The notes: generated by a model from the sequence alone, not told the origin. Positions 13,560-27,200 are shown, counted from the first letter of the whole stretch. The stretch is DNA of 63,333 bases, filler included, from Perkinsus chesapeaki ATCC PRA-425 (GCA_013115145.1; 9 parts of 9 records of this genome joined end to end with filler, not necessarily neighbours in it); one strand, 5' to 3'. Numbers and translations: made by a program.

Positions 13560-13632
13560 GCTCAGTTGGTAGAGCGTCCGACTGTAGTGATTAGTAATCG
13601 GATGGTCCCTGGTTCGATTCCGGGTTGCCGGA
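13560..13632 (+). tRNA. tRNA-Tyr(GTA) with 9-nt intron, 5'-truncated by the contig start
   Basis: Identical to the full copy at 20262-20343 from the D-arm onward: GCTCAGTTGGTAGAGC, TCCGA-CTGTAG-[TGATTAGTA]-A-TCGGA, T-loop TTCGATT. Confidence 0.93.
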
Positions 13633-14404
13633 TACTTTTGGATATGCTATGAATGTAACCTTGTCACACAACCTTCACAAATGTGCCCAGTTCAGGTAGT
13701 GTGATATCCACTGTAGCCTCGAAAGAGTTTGTTCGGAGGCACGGGCCGCCTATGGAATTCCTAGTAAAAACATAACTCAAAGCGCTGGCAAAGTAGTTGG
13801 GTAAACCAACTACTAGTTTGAATGAATTTCATCTTACGGAAGCGGATATCCCAACATTGTTTGTTCGTGGAACAACGCAACTGGCGATATGATGTCACTA
13901 TGGCAAAAGTGTGGGAGACCTCATGCGCGCGCGTCACGTCACGTCACCATGCCAGTCGGATGCTATCTCATTATGGGTTACCTGTGGGCCTGTAACGTTC
14001 AATTATCAAACTCACGCATTCCAGTATTACCACTTACTTATGGATACTTAGTATTACTTATCCTGAGCGGCTCAGGCTGGGACGATGAATCATCGTCGAT
14101 GATATCAGTGCTGTTCCCGGGTTTCAGCTACACTACACTGTACCACGGTACTAGCAGCGCGTGTTGAGCGCAGGATCGGGAATGGAATGTTACGCTATAC
14201 GGATGATGCGTTGAGGATTATCTAGAGAGTCTGCTAATGTCCAGTGTGTACTGGTAAGGCGCAGAGCATGAACATACCATACCATTAGATATCGAATTCC
14301 TAATTCGTCAACGACTCGCCCTCCAGCGTTCGGACATCTCGCAGGAGTCCGATAAAATTCTCTACAGTTTGATACTCGCGGGACCATAACAGAATATAAC
14401 ATGG

Positions 14405-14477
14405 GCTCCGCTAGCTCAGTAGGCAGAGCGTGTGGCTGTTAACCACAAGGTCGGTGGTTCGAACCCATCGTGGAGCG
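14405..14477 (+). tRNA. tRNA-Asn(GTT)
   Basis: 73-nt cloverleaf: acceptor GCTCCGC/GTGGAGC, D-arm GCTC/GAGC, anticodon arm TGTGG-CTGTTAA-CCACA, T-arm GGTGG-TTCGAAC-CCATC. Confidence 0.96.
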
Positions 14478-15249
14478 CCTTATCGTCATTGGTCTGCTGT
14501 TGCCCAATTTCCTATTGCGTACAGTAGAGATGGCGATCACGATTCCTAATTAACCAACAATAGCTCAGTTGCAGATACCGCCAAATCGCCTACAGCGTGT
14601 TTCCCTAGTGGACAACGACACAAATCGAGAGGGCAGACGGCCTTCATTGCACCGGCTGCTGAAAGGTTATGAAAACAAAGTGGTTTAGAACCGCAAGGGG
14701 CTCGCCGAGGGCAAGCTGTCGCACGATCACTCAGAGCCGTCGGTGACCGCGGTCTCCTAGTGAGCTTGAATGCGGTTCCTGAAAGTTCCAAAATTGTGCA
14801 CAAGGGTTCGCGGACTTGCAAGAAAGGCAGTTTGCCTAAATCCATTCTTCTACCTGATTTCCCCCAAATTCGGTTAGCCAGCTCGCCTAGGGCGATATGG
14901 AGTCGTCCAAACCAATATACTTGTGAAGGAGCTTGTTCTCATGAAGACACTCAGGCAACTACCTTCACATCACTACGCCCAGCATCATCCCGTCGTCTCC
15001 CGGACAATAAGACATGTCCTTAGGCCAGGAGAAGTGAGATGCTCCTCTGAGAGCCTCTCTTAGACCCCGGATAGAGTACATACAGTATCAGAAATATGAG
15101 TCGAACGCATCAGAAGTGTATGAGTTGCCGGCATGCAATAAGTAGTGCTATTCAGAGATAACGGCTGCAGTTCAACTGTACGTTTGGGAATTGGAAAAAC
15201 GCTACACGTGGCCGAGGCACTCGAAAGCAACGACAAGGACATGAGATTA

Positions 15250-18200
15250 TCAGGTAGCATCAGCTGTCTCTTGTTCATCAACTTCCACAACAGGTTCGAG
15301 ATCCTCCAGACCCCAATGCTCTAAGGACTTTTCCCATTCTGCGGACCGCCTGTCCTCGGCTTCCTATAAATACACGAATATGGCTATCGCGCAGGGATTA
15401 TCACTTCCAGCTTATCCAGATGGTCGAGTGCATTCCTTCCCAGATCCGAGAACATCGAGCAGGTCGCGCTGTACTTATCGTTGCGAGTCCGGAGAACCGT
15501 CTTGTGAGCCTCCGATCGGTAACTGCTACGTACTGATCGATTTGCCGACATGTGGCGAAATGCTACGAGTGAACGCTCCTTTCTTCAGCGGCTTTCACTT
15601 CCGGAACCCGGAAATCATCTGTCTCCTGCTCCTCAGAATTCTGCGCATCTGTGAGGGAAGAAGCCGTTCAACTAAAATCAACGTTCAATAGACTCACCGT
15701 CCTTTTGCACGGGCCTCGGGCGGGACCAGGCTTCTGCATCGGGAATAATCATGCTTCCGTTGACGCCTTCCCATAATCTCGAAGGTAGCGATCTGGGAAC
15801 TTCACCGTCCAACCCGGTGAGAAGATCCTATATCTCACTCTCCACTTTGATCGATGGGCTCTGTCTCTCCGGCATCGCGCATTCTCATGAGCCTCTTCAG
15901 GGACATCCTCCTAGGGACAGTGTCTTCAACACCTGCTCTCATTGTATTCTTTGTGCAATGGGGACAGTTCCGCGCAATACGGGCGGCCGGATCCACACGA
16001 TCCTCTTGCCAATGCGAAGCTTACCTGGTATGCTGTCAAAGAGTTCTCCCCACGGTACCGAGTCCAGGTGCTTCAATATGCACTCGAACGCCGCGTCGAA
16101 CGTTTCACAAGCTGCAAGTCCCCCGTCAACCAAGATCTTGAATGCTTCGGCTCGTGCAGCGTAAAGTGCCTATACGAACAATGTAGCCTGACAACTGCAC
16201 TCCGGAATTGCCACCAATAAGCTTTGGCCTTATAAACATGCTAAATCACAGGATAAGCAGCCTTACTGTCGATGCGGAAAGGTGCCGCACTGTCTCTCGT
16301 CTTTTCAGCTTCACCAGTGCCAACTCCGACTCTAAATCTGGAGTTTCCAGCCGACCGATTCTCTCGAGCGTCTTGAGATGCTCACTGTGCCTGAGGTTGA
16401 GCCAGTGGTATAAATTTATCGGAAAATTTCCTCTCGTGCTTTTGGGCTACAGGCAGCGATCGAGTCGATCGGATCGACTAAAATTGTGACAACTCAAGCC
16501 ATGTCTCCATACAGGTCTGCTCAGAACAGACGTAACCTACTTCTTATCAGATCTCTCACATAGCCCGGAACACCTGTCCATCGCAGCTGTCAAGGCCGAT
16601 TCTAACTGCGCCACAGCATCACTCTCACTAAGGGAGACCAAGTACAGCATGTCATTCTAGCCGCTTTGCATCCCAACGCTTACATTGCAGTGAAAACTGC
16701 CAAGCTGGCTTGTGGAATAACATCATTTCTGAGCTGCAAGCACGTAGCCTTGAGTTGGGCTAAAGCCTCGGCTCGCAGACTTCCAGTGTTCGACCGCACC
16801 TTCACAGCGCTCAAACCTGGCGCTTGTTCGGTTGCAAAGCTTACATGATTTACGTACTCCTTGAGATAGTATGGCAGATCAGCAGCGAATCTTTGTGTCA
16901 AGCTCGCAATTGAAGCCTCAACCTCTCCCGGAAACCTTCCAGAAGGCAGTAAAGAGAAGTCTAGCCAATTCGGTCTTTTCTGTTACGTTTTCTGTTCCCC
17001 GACGCTCAACACGCCGACTACGGCCTTCAGAGAATCGGATCTGATGGAGGCTTCATCAGGGTCGGACGTAGGATCAAACTGCCACGGGAGGCGCTGCAGC
17101 ACTCTGCACTGCGGAGCTTTCTTCAATGTAAACCTGACCGGCTGAATCTGGGAAGTGGATCACCGATTCCCGACTTCTCCCGTTGTTGCGGCTTGAGACC
17201 TTCCAACCTCTCAAGCATGGCAATCACAGATGCGATGAAGATTGACTAAGAAATGTGCGCTAGGGTGTAAAGGCGACTCAGTCTACGTTACCAGGGATCC
17301 TCTTATCTCTATATCCAGATAAGGCGTCCTCGTCACCAGTAGGTGATCGCGGGGGCAGCCTGGTACAGAACTGATCTGAAATACTTTGATGAATATAAAC
17401 CGAGACGGACGAAATATCTATTATGGGAAAGGTAATGACTGACGTTTGAGGAATGCATGTGATTGAGTATATTTTCCAACAGCTACGAGTACAACAGTTC
17501 CAACAGTAGGCGACCCTATCAGAGTGTAATGAACCAATTAGAAATCGATTAAGTCTCATTTCAATTCTCTCCTTCTAGTCTCCGCTTTTCCAATATAAGC
17601 GGAGCACGCAGTAATGATGTTGTCGTCTCCAGCGTTGTTAAACGCGCTGCGTCTCTTTGATTAGATGACACTGAATTCTATCACCACCACACAGCGATTG
17701 AATCGCCCAGCATACCTCTGATACACTCGATGAACCGATCAGCTTTGTTAAATAATTACCAAGACTCAGAATCTTCGACAGGGCCTCCGTAATAGGGCTG
17801 CTGATATCACGAATCTGACACCCCGGCGGACTTGCACTAACAACACATGCACTGTCGCCCCCACCCACCTTCCCCTCAAGTAGCCTCCTCGCTGCAGTAT
17901 GCTCCTGTCCGAGACCATAACGGTTCTTCATTTCCTCGAGCACCTGCAGTACTCCTGCAGCATCAGCAGCAGCGGCAGCAGTTCACTAGCACCTCCGTTC
18001 TTTCAGCTTCGAATACACCCAGAGCCCCCCCCACCATTTTATCCATGGCTGCTTGAATCTCGTCTATTCGCATTCGTCTGAATCTCACCAATGTGCGGAG
18101 CTATCAGCGCACCCCAAGCGACCTTATAGCAGCCTTTGCCAATAGAGATTCATTCAGCTTGCGTGTCTCTTCCGCATAGAATCTAACAAACCAGAACCAT

Positions 18201-21200
18201 ATTCTCCGTCGTCCGCTGGGTCTTGACGATCGCTCAACCGGCAAGCTGCCCAGCTCAGTGTAGCGGCCTCTGTCAGAATCAGGCGCGGCGGGTTTAGTGT
18301 GGGGAAAGTCTGATTGGCTTGCCATGAGCACCTGTGCCCTACTCGATCTCTGGAATGCTATATCCCTCCAACGTCTGCTCCTTCTGAAGCCGGATCACAT
18401 CGTTATTCGCGCTCACCAAGTTGTCAACCTGTCTCGTTGTGCTTGTAAGATAGACGGTTTTGGACTCACTAAGGGACCGGAGAAGTTCTTCATTTCTCCG
18501 AGGGCTTCGCGGCATGATCGTCGGAAAGCATCTCCTGCAGAGCGCAATTGCCAGCTCCAGCAGAAGCTCAGGCGTTGAACGTTGTAAACAGTTGCGCAAT
18601 GGTATTCAAGCTTCAACGTCAAAGAGAATTGAAGGTGGCAAATTTGCAACATTTCCTATCTGACTAATAAGAGGTAGCTATCGACAGTTCGACCGGCTTC
18701 CCATGTGTGACGCGGCTACCGCATCTCTCACTCACCAGCATCCTTAGATTGTCTCTCCAAAGCTTTAAGCCCTTCTAGGGTTGCATCAGCATTAGAAGCC
18801 TTTGTTTCAGAGCTTGCGGCCTTCAACTCAGACAGAGTTTGCGAATGTTCGCTGATAGAAGCGTGGAAGCTGAAATGCGACTTTCAAAGGCCAAATTGGA
18901 TGTTCGTGGTAAAGGAATGCCTTCTACAGCACACCTCTGTGGAAAGTACAGGGTGAGCCTCTTACCGTTGATCGGCCTCTATCACGACGTCTATCAAAGC
19001 GTTGAACTGTTCATCCTGTGCAGCGGACTTTCTTGCTATACCGATAATGTGGCGCTCGAACTTTCTTTTGTGGGAGATAATTTGCTTCAGCCGCGGCTCG
19101 TACCACTAAGAAGCACACTCCAGGCAGCTTGGTAGAGAGCCAGCTGGGCATGAAATGCATGAAGGCAACTGACCTCTGATCGAACAAAGCCCTTCCTCGT
19201 CGCATGCCTCCTTAAACGCTCATCAAGCTCGCAGCTGAGCTCCTCAGCGCCCTAAAAGCTTGTCTATCTCCGGTGACTTATAGCCTCTATACGCATATCA
19301 GTCATGTGATAAGTGGTACCACTGGAACTTAGCCAACCCCGAGGCTACCTTCCTTGCTGCATTGTTACTTGCTTGCAATAACACCTCGGCCTCAGTTTGC
19401 ACTGACTCCATCAATTTCAACCGAATAGTATGTATATATTCACACAGCCATTCAGCTTCAACGTGCACCTTCCAACAGGAGTTACTCGCGAGACATATAC
19501 TGTAGGGATCGTTCTCACGTCGAGGATGCAATCTTCACCGTTGACGCGCCTTGGCCAGGTCGGAGCTTTATCCTCCGGCTCCTGTCAGAGAAGTCGGCTC
19601 AAACGCTCCAAGGGGCTCTATATTAACTGCTATCTCGCTCCCCTCAGCAGCAGCATCCTCTCCCTCTTGCTCGTTTCCGGGATACTCGGTAGAAGCTTCA
19701 TCAACGTTCTCAGCTTCATCTCGGCAAGGCTCCTCTGAGTGTTACAGCATAGCAAGTACACCATGAGTCTCATTGGCAAGCCGAGGCACACTTTCTTATG
19801 ACATCCGCTTACCCTCCACGTGCTCCTTGCAAACCCTTTCCTCCACGAATTGCCGCAGCGTGAACACCTCAAACATGCCAGCAGGCACTACTCCCGGCCA
19901 AAGCTGTCGCGAGCCTGGCGAGTATATCAGTGAAGAGAGGGCTCGCGCCGTTGCCGGGATGGACGAACCTGTAGTATTTTCAGATGCCTCCTGCTCTGCT
20001 GGGTCTCCAGGCGAATGGTCTGCGGAGACATCTTCGGCCGTAGGAGATTCTCCTTGCTGCGGCGGTTTTGACAGTGGCTGAGGAACACAAGAGGAGACAA
20101 ATTGTGCCAAACCATGTCACTTCGATGTGGCCTATCACGTCGAAAGCATTCGTCAAGGCGAAGTATCAAACGCTTTATACAGACAGTGTTTCCGTGTCTC
20201 GTGAAAAACCGACATGTCCAGCTAGAGATGACGAACAATGAATATTCGATATTTATATTAACCGGCAATAGCTCAGTTGGTAGAGCGTCCGACTGTAGTG
20301 ATTAGTAATCGGATGGTCCCTGGTTCGATTCCGGGTTGCCGGACCTATTGACCTATCTCTTATGGAAAGTTTATAGACCACTCTTTTATAAGGAAGCTTT
20401 TATTCTCTTAGGTTGAACTTGCACCGCACGGGTGACATATACTGCCGCCGCGCGGCGTCACGCGGCGCACTGAAACTGCGCTTCCCTGGGCGAAATTCTC
20501 TGGTCTTTGGGGGAGTATTTGACCAATACAGGCGCAGAAAGGCTACCATGGACAAAGCAGAAGACACACTCAGATACAGCCAGAATAACGGGCACCTTCT
20601 TCTGACACCTACCCCCAAACCCACGAGACCCCCCAGTCTGTCTTTGTAGCCGTCGTAGAACGTCTGATGCTATAAAGTAAGCTTAATCTTTTGGCACCAG
20701 ACCACCTCAATTTCGTTGGGGTAATCGTTATGCAGCTGTAGCATGTCCTTGGCGAATCCTTCAATACTGGCGGCCATATTTTCCAGCTGCGTGTAGGCCT
20801 AACACGTAAGCACTGCGAGCTACGTAACGACGGCACAAAGAATGCAATGGAAAGTAGCACCCACAAGTCTTGAAGTCAACAGATACCTGCCCTATGGCGT
20901 CCTCCAGTTCGGGGTGAACGTGTGGCGAGTCTGAAATCTGCTTGTGGCAGCCCTCCAGCTTGCCCTCATCCTTCTCGCATTCTACTGTGTGCTCCACCTA
21001 ACCCGACCGTGACCGTTGACGCGTAAAGCTAATGGATACGCGGAGCCTTTCGAGATCATCATTGTGTCTTATCATCATAGCCTCTTTTCCGGCTCTCATC
21101 TGTTCCAGCATCCTCGACATATCCACCATCAGTGATGCAATTTTGCAGCACCTGAAGATTCACCAGCAAGCAAAAATCGCCGGGATTCCGCCCACCTGAA

Positions 21201-24200
21201 GTGTTGTTCTGTTTCTAGCTCCAGCAGTTTCGTTTTGGTCTCTGATATCATCGAGTCCAGTTGATCGTACGCAGCTTGTAGCTTATCCGAAACTCTAGCC
21301 TCGACAACTTCCCTCGCTGTGGTGTACTAACACAACCTCACTAATACAGCGAACTAAGCTGCTGCTAAGGGTAAGTGAGAAGGATGAGTAACCGTGAATA
21401 CGACTATGCAGGGTGACCATCAAATATTATTTGTTTATTATAGTTTATTAAACTACCATTAATCAACTCTCACTAGCTGAGTCCTACTAACAAACTCCCC
21501 ACGGGTAGCATCTGGGGAAGATCAGGTGTCCAAAATCCATGCAGTGAGTTACACATACCATTCGATTCTGTATACGTCGGGGAGTACGAAAATGTGTCTA
21601 TTTTATGTTTTTCGATTCTGAAAATTTCATATCAGAACTAATGGTATCCCATTAGTTCCGATATAGAAGCCTTCACGGCAGTCGTTGGGAGATACACCTT
21701 GCAAGATAGAGAAGCTCTCCGCCCTCATATTTCACATATGCACCAGGTCTTCAATATACGATCTGCTCACTTTCTATCTTCTAAAAGACATCTCCATACA
21801 GCGACTGTCGATAATGGAGATGTATGTAGATTATCGACAGTCGATGAACGTTACTTATACAGTGTAATTTGTGGTGATTTAATTGTGTGACCTGTCCCTT
21901 TGTGCGTATCTTCCTTAGATTCCGCACAAGTTAGGCTAGTTGTTCATTTATATTCATATTTATAATATTAGATTCCTCTTTATCTCTGAGTTTGGTTGAT
22001 ATCTATCTAATATCCACGATATGGCACCTCGGGCGATTACCAGTTCAAATAACGATGACTTGCCCTTGAGTGAGATTGAAGATTTGGTCCTGAAAAATGT
22101 TGAAGACCTTTGTGCTGGAAAACCATTGATGCTTGGAAATGTTATGGAGCAACTCTGTGCGATTGTTAAGGGTGTTTTGTTGAAGAAGGAGTCTACAGTT
22201 GAGCAGGATAGCGATTATCTTTGGCGCTGTCTAAATTATTATTTGGAGTCATAGTTATCTTCGAAGCCCAATCAACTTGCTGACAGCCTTTTCAACTATG
22301 TTTGGCCCCATTTGATCGACGAGCTTTCCATTGAGGATTCTATTAATGAGACAGATAAACGGGTTATCAGGGCTCGAAAAATTACTTCTGTCAAGTTCTT
22401 GAACTATGATAAGTGTAGTATTTTTGAGCCCTCTTTCCCAGGAAGGTTTTCTTTGTATTATCAACAGTCTCAACCGACCGTTAACGAAGTTCCGACCGAG
22501 TCTAAAGTTCAGCCTTCTTCTCAGCCAGTTAAGGTTGAGCCGGATATTACTTCTCCTAAAGATCAATACTCTCTTGTAGAGCCTTGTGATTTAGATAACT
22601 TACTGCCGGCTTTCTCTGACGACGAAGGTGATATAACTTCCCAAGATCGACGGGATGCTAAGAAAAGTGTTAATGGTGTTGATCTTCTCAAAGGAGGTAA
22701 ATTCTCCGGGAAGGATGATTCTCGCTCTATTCGTAGAGTGCTGATCTCTCTCCGTGATACTGCTATTGATGAAGGCTGGTCTGCCTTGGAATACAGGGAA
22801 ATGATGAAACGTCAAATTACCCCTGAGGCTAGAAAGGTTGTTCATCCCGTTGCAGTAACTACTTATGCTGAATTGAAGCTTGAGCTGAAACGTGAAGTTA
22901 GTGGTTTATTAATTGCTTATGGTCGTGGTGATTCTGGTAAACTTGATTCATGGCTATCTTTGCTTCAGCTCCGTCAAGGCAAGAACGAGAAGCTCTCCGC
23001 TTTTGCCCAAAGGTTTCAAGATGCTCAAGAAGAAGCCAGATGTTTTGGTAATGACATTGATGATTACCAATCTACTTTACAATTTGCTTCGGCCGTGAAT
23101 ACAAATTGGGCTTTCAGCGCAGCAAATCTAATTGGTACTGGCGTTACTAATTTAGATGATTTGGTTGCTCGTTTGATTTCTGAAGAACGAGTTTTTAAGC
23201 GTGCACTTAATGGTTCACCTGATTCAGTTACTGTGGTCCCTTCGCCCACTAGAGCTGTTCCAGCAACAGCTTCAGGTGATGCCAAAGTTCCCATTGGCAC
23301 GAGTCCGTCCCCTTTGAAGGTCTGTTATTATTGTCGGGAGCCTGGCCATCTGAAGTCTGAGTGTCCTAAACTAGCTCAAAAGGAGGCTAGGTCGAAAGCT
23401 CATGATAAACCAGATCCAAAGAAACCTGGTTTGGGTGATGATTCTACCGTTAGGCCTACTTCTAGTACGACATCACAAGCTGCTGCGATGGTTGTCCATA
23501 AGGAGCCTGAATGTTTGAAAGAGGCCGAGGAGAATTGCCCTGCTGTGAGACAAGTTGCTATTTGTTTTCATTCGAGCCTCCGAAAAAAAGGTGGCAATGA
23601 GAAGTTGTGGAAGCGAGCTTTATTTGATTCTGGTGCAAGTCTCAACTATATAGGTTTATCTTTGGTGAAATCATTGCAGCTAGCAGGTTGCCCATGTAAA
23701 GTTGACAACGACAAGAAGCATTCGGTGTTACTAGCTGATGGTTCCCATGTTGATTCAGAAGGCCGGATTGAGCTAGTGATAAGCTACGATGGTTCCTCGA
23801 AGCGTTTGTTCTTCCATATAGTTCCTTCACTCTCTCCCAAACTATTTATTGGTTGGGAAGGAATGACTCAACTTGGTATTGTTATCGACCCCTCTCATCA
23901 TGGTATCTTTTGTTCTTCAAATGGGCTCAATGAGGATGATGACGTTGGTAATGACTTGTCGAGAGCACCTTTGTTAGCACGGGTTGGTAGGATACCAGAC
24001 GACTACATTTCCGTGAAGAAGACTCTTGAGAAGTATGATCCTGATCTTGAGAAGTATGACCGCTGGTTCCATTTGAGTAGTGCGCCTGCTTACAAAATGC
24101 GGGTCCGCAGGCTACTTCCTTCGGAACAACGGGATACACCAGAACAAGTCTATTGTTTTGAACTGGATCTTCAGGGCGCAATGCACCCTATTGATGATAT

Positions 24201-27200
24201 CAGCTATTCGAGAGATTACTCTGGTAAACTCATTCAACGTCTTTCCAGTGAAGAGAAAGACTTATTTTACAAAGAAGTGGAATCTTATGTAGACAAGAAT
24301 TGGTGGAGGAAGGAAACTGATAGTAGTTTTTCAGTCTCTAAACAGGCTTCTGATCAACCTCCTCTTGCTCCACTTGGTCTACTTGGAATTCCTCCTATAG
24401 TGGTTTTTCCGGTGAAACAACCGGGGAAATCAACAGCTATTCGCCCTTGCTGTGACTGCCGCCTTTGCAATTCAGTATCTGAACGGGCTAGCTATCTTGG
24501 TGCTGATGTGAGTACTCTCACTTCAAGATTACTCGGGTCGTATCGTCAGAATGACTCCTTTTGTACTCTTGATTGTTCAAGAGCCTTTTATAGGCTCCGG
24601 ACGAATGTTCGGTTGCCTTTGGTTATTAACGGCCAAAAATACTCTAGTGATAGAGTTATTTTTGGACTGGTGGCTGGTCCCTCCAGCCTTGAGTTTGCTA
24701 TGAATTATGTTCTACAGTATACAGCAAGCCAGAAGCAGGATTATTTTGGTATTCGGTATGATGTTATTACGGGTGCGCAAAAGGTCAATAAGTCTTGGAT
24801 ATATCTTGATGATATATGTATAGCTGGGCCTTTTGATGCACTAATGAGGTTTAAAGCCGCCTTTGTCGAGACCAGCAAGAAGTTTGGGCTACTCTTCCCA
24901 GAAGCTAAACAAGGAGTGCTAACTCCGGATTCTGGCTCCAAGCGAATCCCTCATCTTGGTTCCTTTTGGGGAATCGAAGATGGTTGCTTGAAATGTTTTT
25001 GTAAACGAAACATTGCCCGTTATAACGAGCTTTGTCGAGTTTCAGTGAGATCAAAGCGATTTTTCTTTGCTTTAGCTGGTTTACTTACTGATTACCCAGT
25101 TGGTCATGCGCGTTCTCGACTTGCAGTTGATACTATTAGGAGCATTGTTGGTTCTTATAAAAGTGATTGGGATGCTAATTTAGACTTATCTCCTGAACAT
25201 GTTGATCAGGTAGAGAAGTTGATTAAGATACTCAAGGAGGATTTTGAACGCCCTTGTGAACATTGTAGTGCTTCTTGTGATATTGCTATTTTGGAATGTG
25301 ACGCCAGTTCGGCAGGTTTTGGTTATATATTCCGTCTTGGTCGTTTTGAGTCCTCACGAGCGAAACCTTTTACTAAGTCACAATCAGCTTGGCATATTAA
25401 TCGCCGAGAAGCGTGGTGTATTCTTCAAGGCTTATTGTCAAATTTACCCTTGTTGGAAGAGTATACTGCTGATCGTGAACGCCCACTCCGCGTGGTGGTT
25501 ATTAGTGATAGCAAGTCAGCGATATCTTGGTTGCGAGATAATCATGTTTATGCTAAGAGTGTTGAGCGTTTGGCTTTAAGACGAATGCTGAATACCTTTG
25601 AAGATATCAGAGATATTTTCGATAGGATGAATGTCCAACTCGAGTTCAAGAAGGTTCCTGGTATCGACAATGTGGCTGCGGATGAGTTAAGTCGTCTTTT
25701 GATTACTTGGGGCATATCGTCCCCAGATAATTCGGTGACGGAAACGATTACTGAGAAGTCCGATTTGAAGTCAATGGTAAGATCCTCTTCTTCCGAGAAA
25801 CTGGGGGAGGAGAAGTTGGAGATTAATGGTCCTATTGAAGTTTGCTCGCAAGTTTTGGACTTACAATCTGAAGATCCTAAGAAGATTGTTCTATGGTTAC
25901 TGCAAGTCCAATCTAATGACTCATTCATCTCTGAGATGCGAAGCTTTCTCAGTAATGAATCGAAGAACGATTATTTGAGAAGGTTATTGAAGAATGAAGG
26001 TCGTTGGTATCAACTAGATCATCATGGTTTAGTAGTTGAGTGCCGCTTCCGTAATGGTGAAGTGACTGCACCGAGATTTTGCATTCTATTACCAAATTAC
26101 CCCCAATTATTATCTGGATTTGCTCGTCATTATCATGAGACTAATGGCCATTGTTCTGTGAGATATGTTCAGTATCTATTTACAAGAGATTTTGTGGCCC
26201 CGAAATTTAGACAGGTTGCTGAGACTGTTATTCGAGAATGTTCCCAATGTGTAGAGAAGCGAGTGAAGTTGGCGTCCTCTGGTGGCCGCTGTTCATATGG
26301 TGACTCTACTGTTGATTTGGACGGTGTTTGGAGCACTGTTTATGCTGATGTTGGAGATATGCTTATCAAAGATCGCTTTGGTTATCGATATTTTGTTGCC
26401 ATGGTTGATGCTTTATCAAGTTTTTGCTGGTTGGTACCGCTGAAATCTCTGGAAGCTCGTGAGTTATGTCGGGCTGTCAGTGGAGTCTGCGAGAGAGTAG
26501 GCTGGTGTCACAATTTTAAAAGCGATAATGGTGGAGCTTTCATTTCACGCTTGTTCCGTTCTCTGCTTAAGAGTCAATGAGTATCTTGGGTTGGGGTACC
26601 TAGACATTCGCCATTCTCTAATGGTAAAGCAGAGCGCTGCATTGGTTCAGTTAAAGCTAAATTTGCTACTATGAATCGTTCAGAACGACGAGAATGGTCA
26701 ACTCACTTGGGTTATGTGAATCGTTGTGTAAATTTGGTACCTTTGGATAATGGTTTGACTCCTTTTGAGACCTTTTTCCAAAGGCCTTATAATAGTATTC
26801 TGAACCGTAAATATGCTTCGGTGAAAGATTTGATTGTGACAAAGGCCATGAATTTGGAAGAGGAACGACGACAATCTCCGATGAAGTCTTTCGCTCTTGG
26901 TAGTTGGGTTCGCCGTTGCAATCCAGCGATTAATGATAAAGGATCTTATAAGGTTGTAAAAGTTCATCATAGAAGCGTGGATCTACAACTTAATGGTGAT
27001 CCAGATTCCCCTATTGTTAGAGAGCATGTACGCAATATTGTCTCTTCTAATTCCCCTGAATAGTTGATAGTATTTATATCAACTGGGGGAGGTGTGGTGA
27101 TTTAATTGTGTGACCTGTCCCTTTGTGCGTATCTTCCTTAGATTCCGCACAAGCTAGGCTAGTTGTTCATTTATATTCATATTTATAATATTAGATTCCT

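Noticed and set aside
14555-14580. CAATAGCTCAGTTG, matching the tRNA-Tyr D-arm/A-box
   Set aside because: No anticodon arm, T-arm or acceptor pairing follows; chance match or a tiny remnant.
21760-21805. Apparent small exon after the hairpin (cag|TCGCTGTATGG...|gtgag)
   Set aside because: It has an in-frame TAG in the phase needed; the acceptor at 21327 gives a clean in-phase continuation.
22252-22254. Genetic-code reassignment suggested by in-frame stops in gag-pol
   Set aside because: Host genes here end in TAA, TAG and TGA normally and have no internal stops; two nonsense changes in 5 kb fit ordinary decay.
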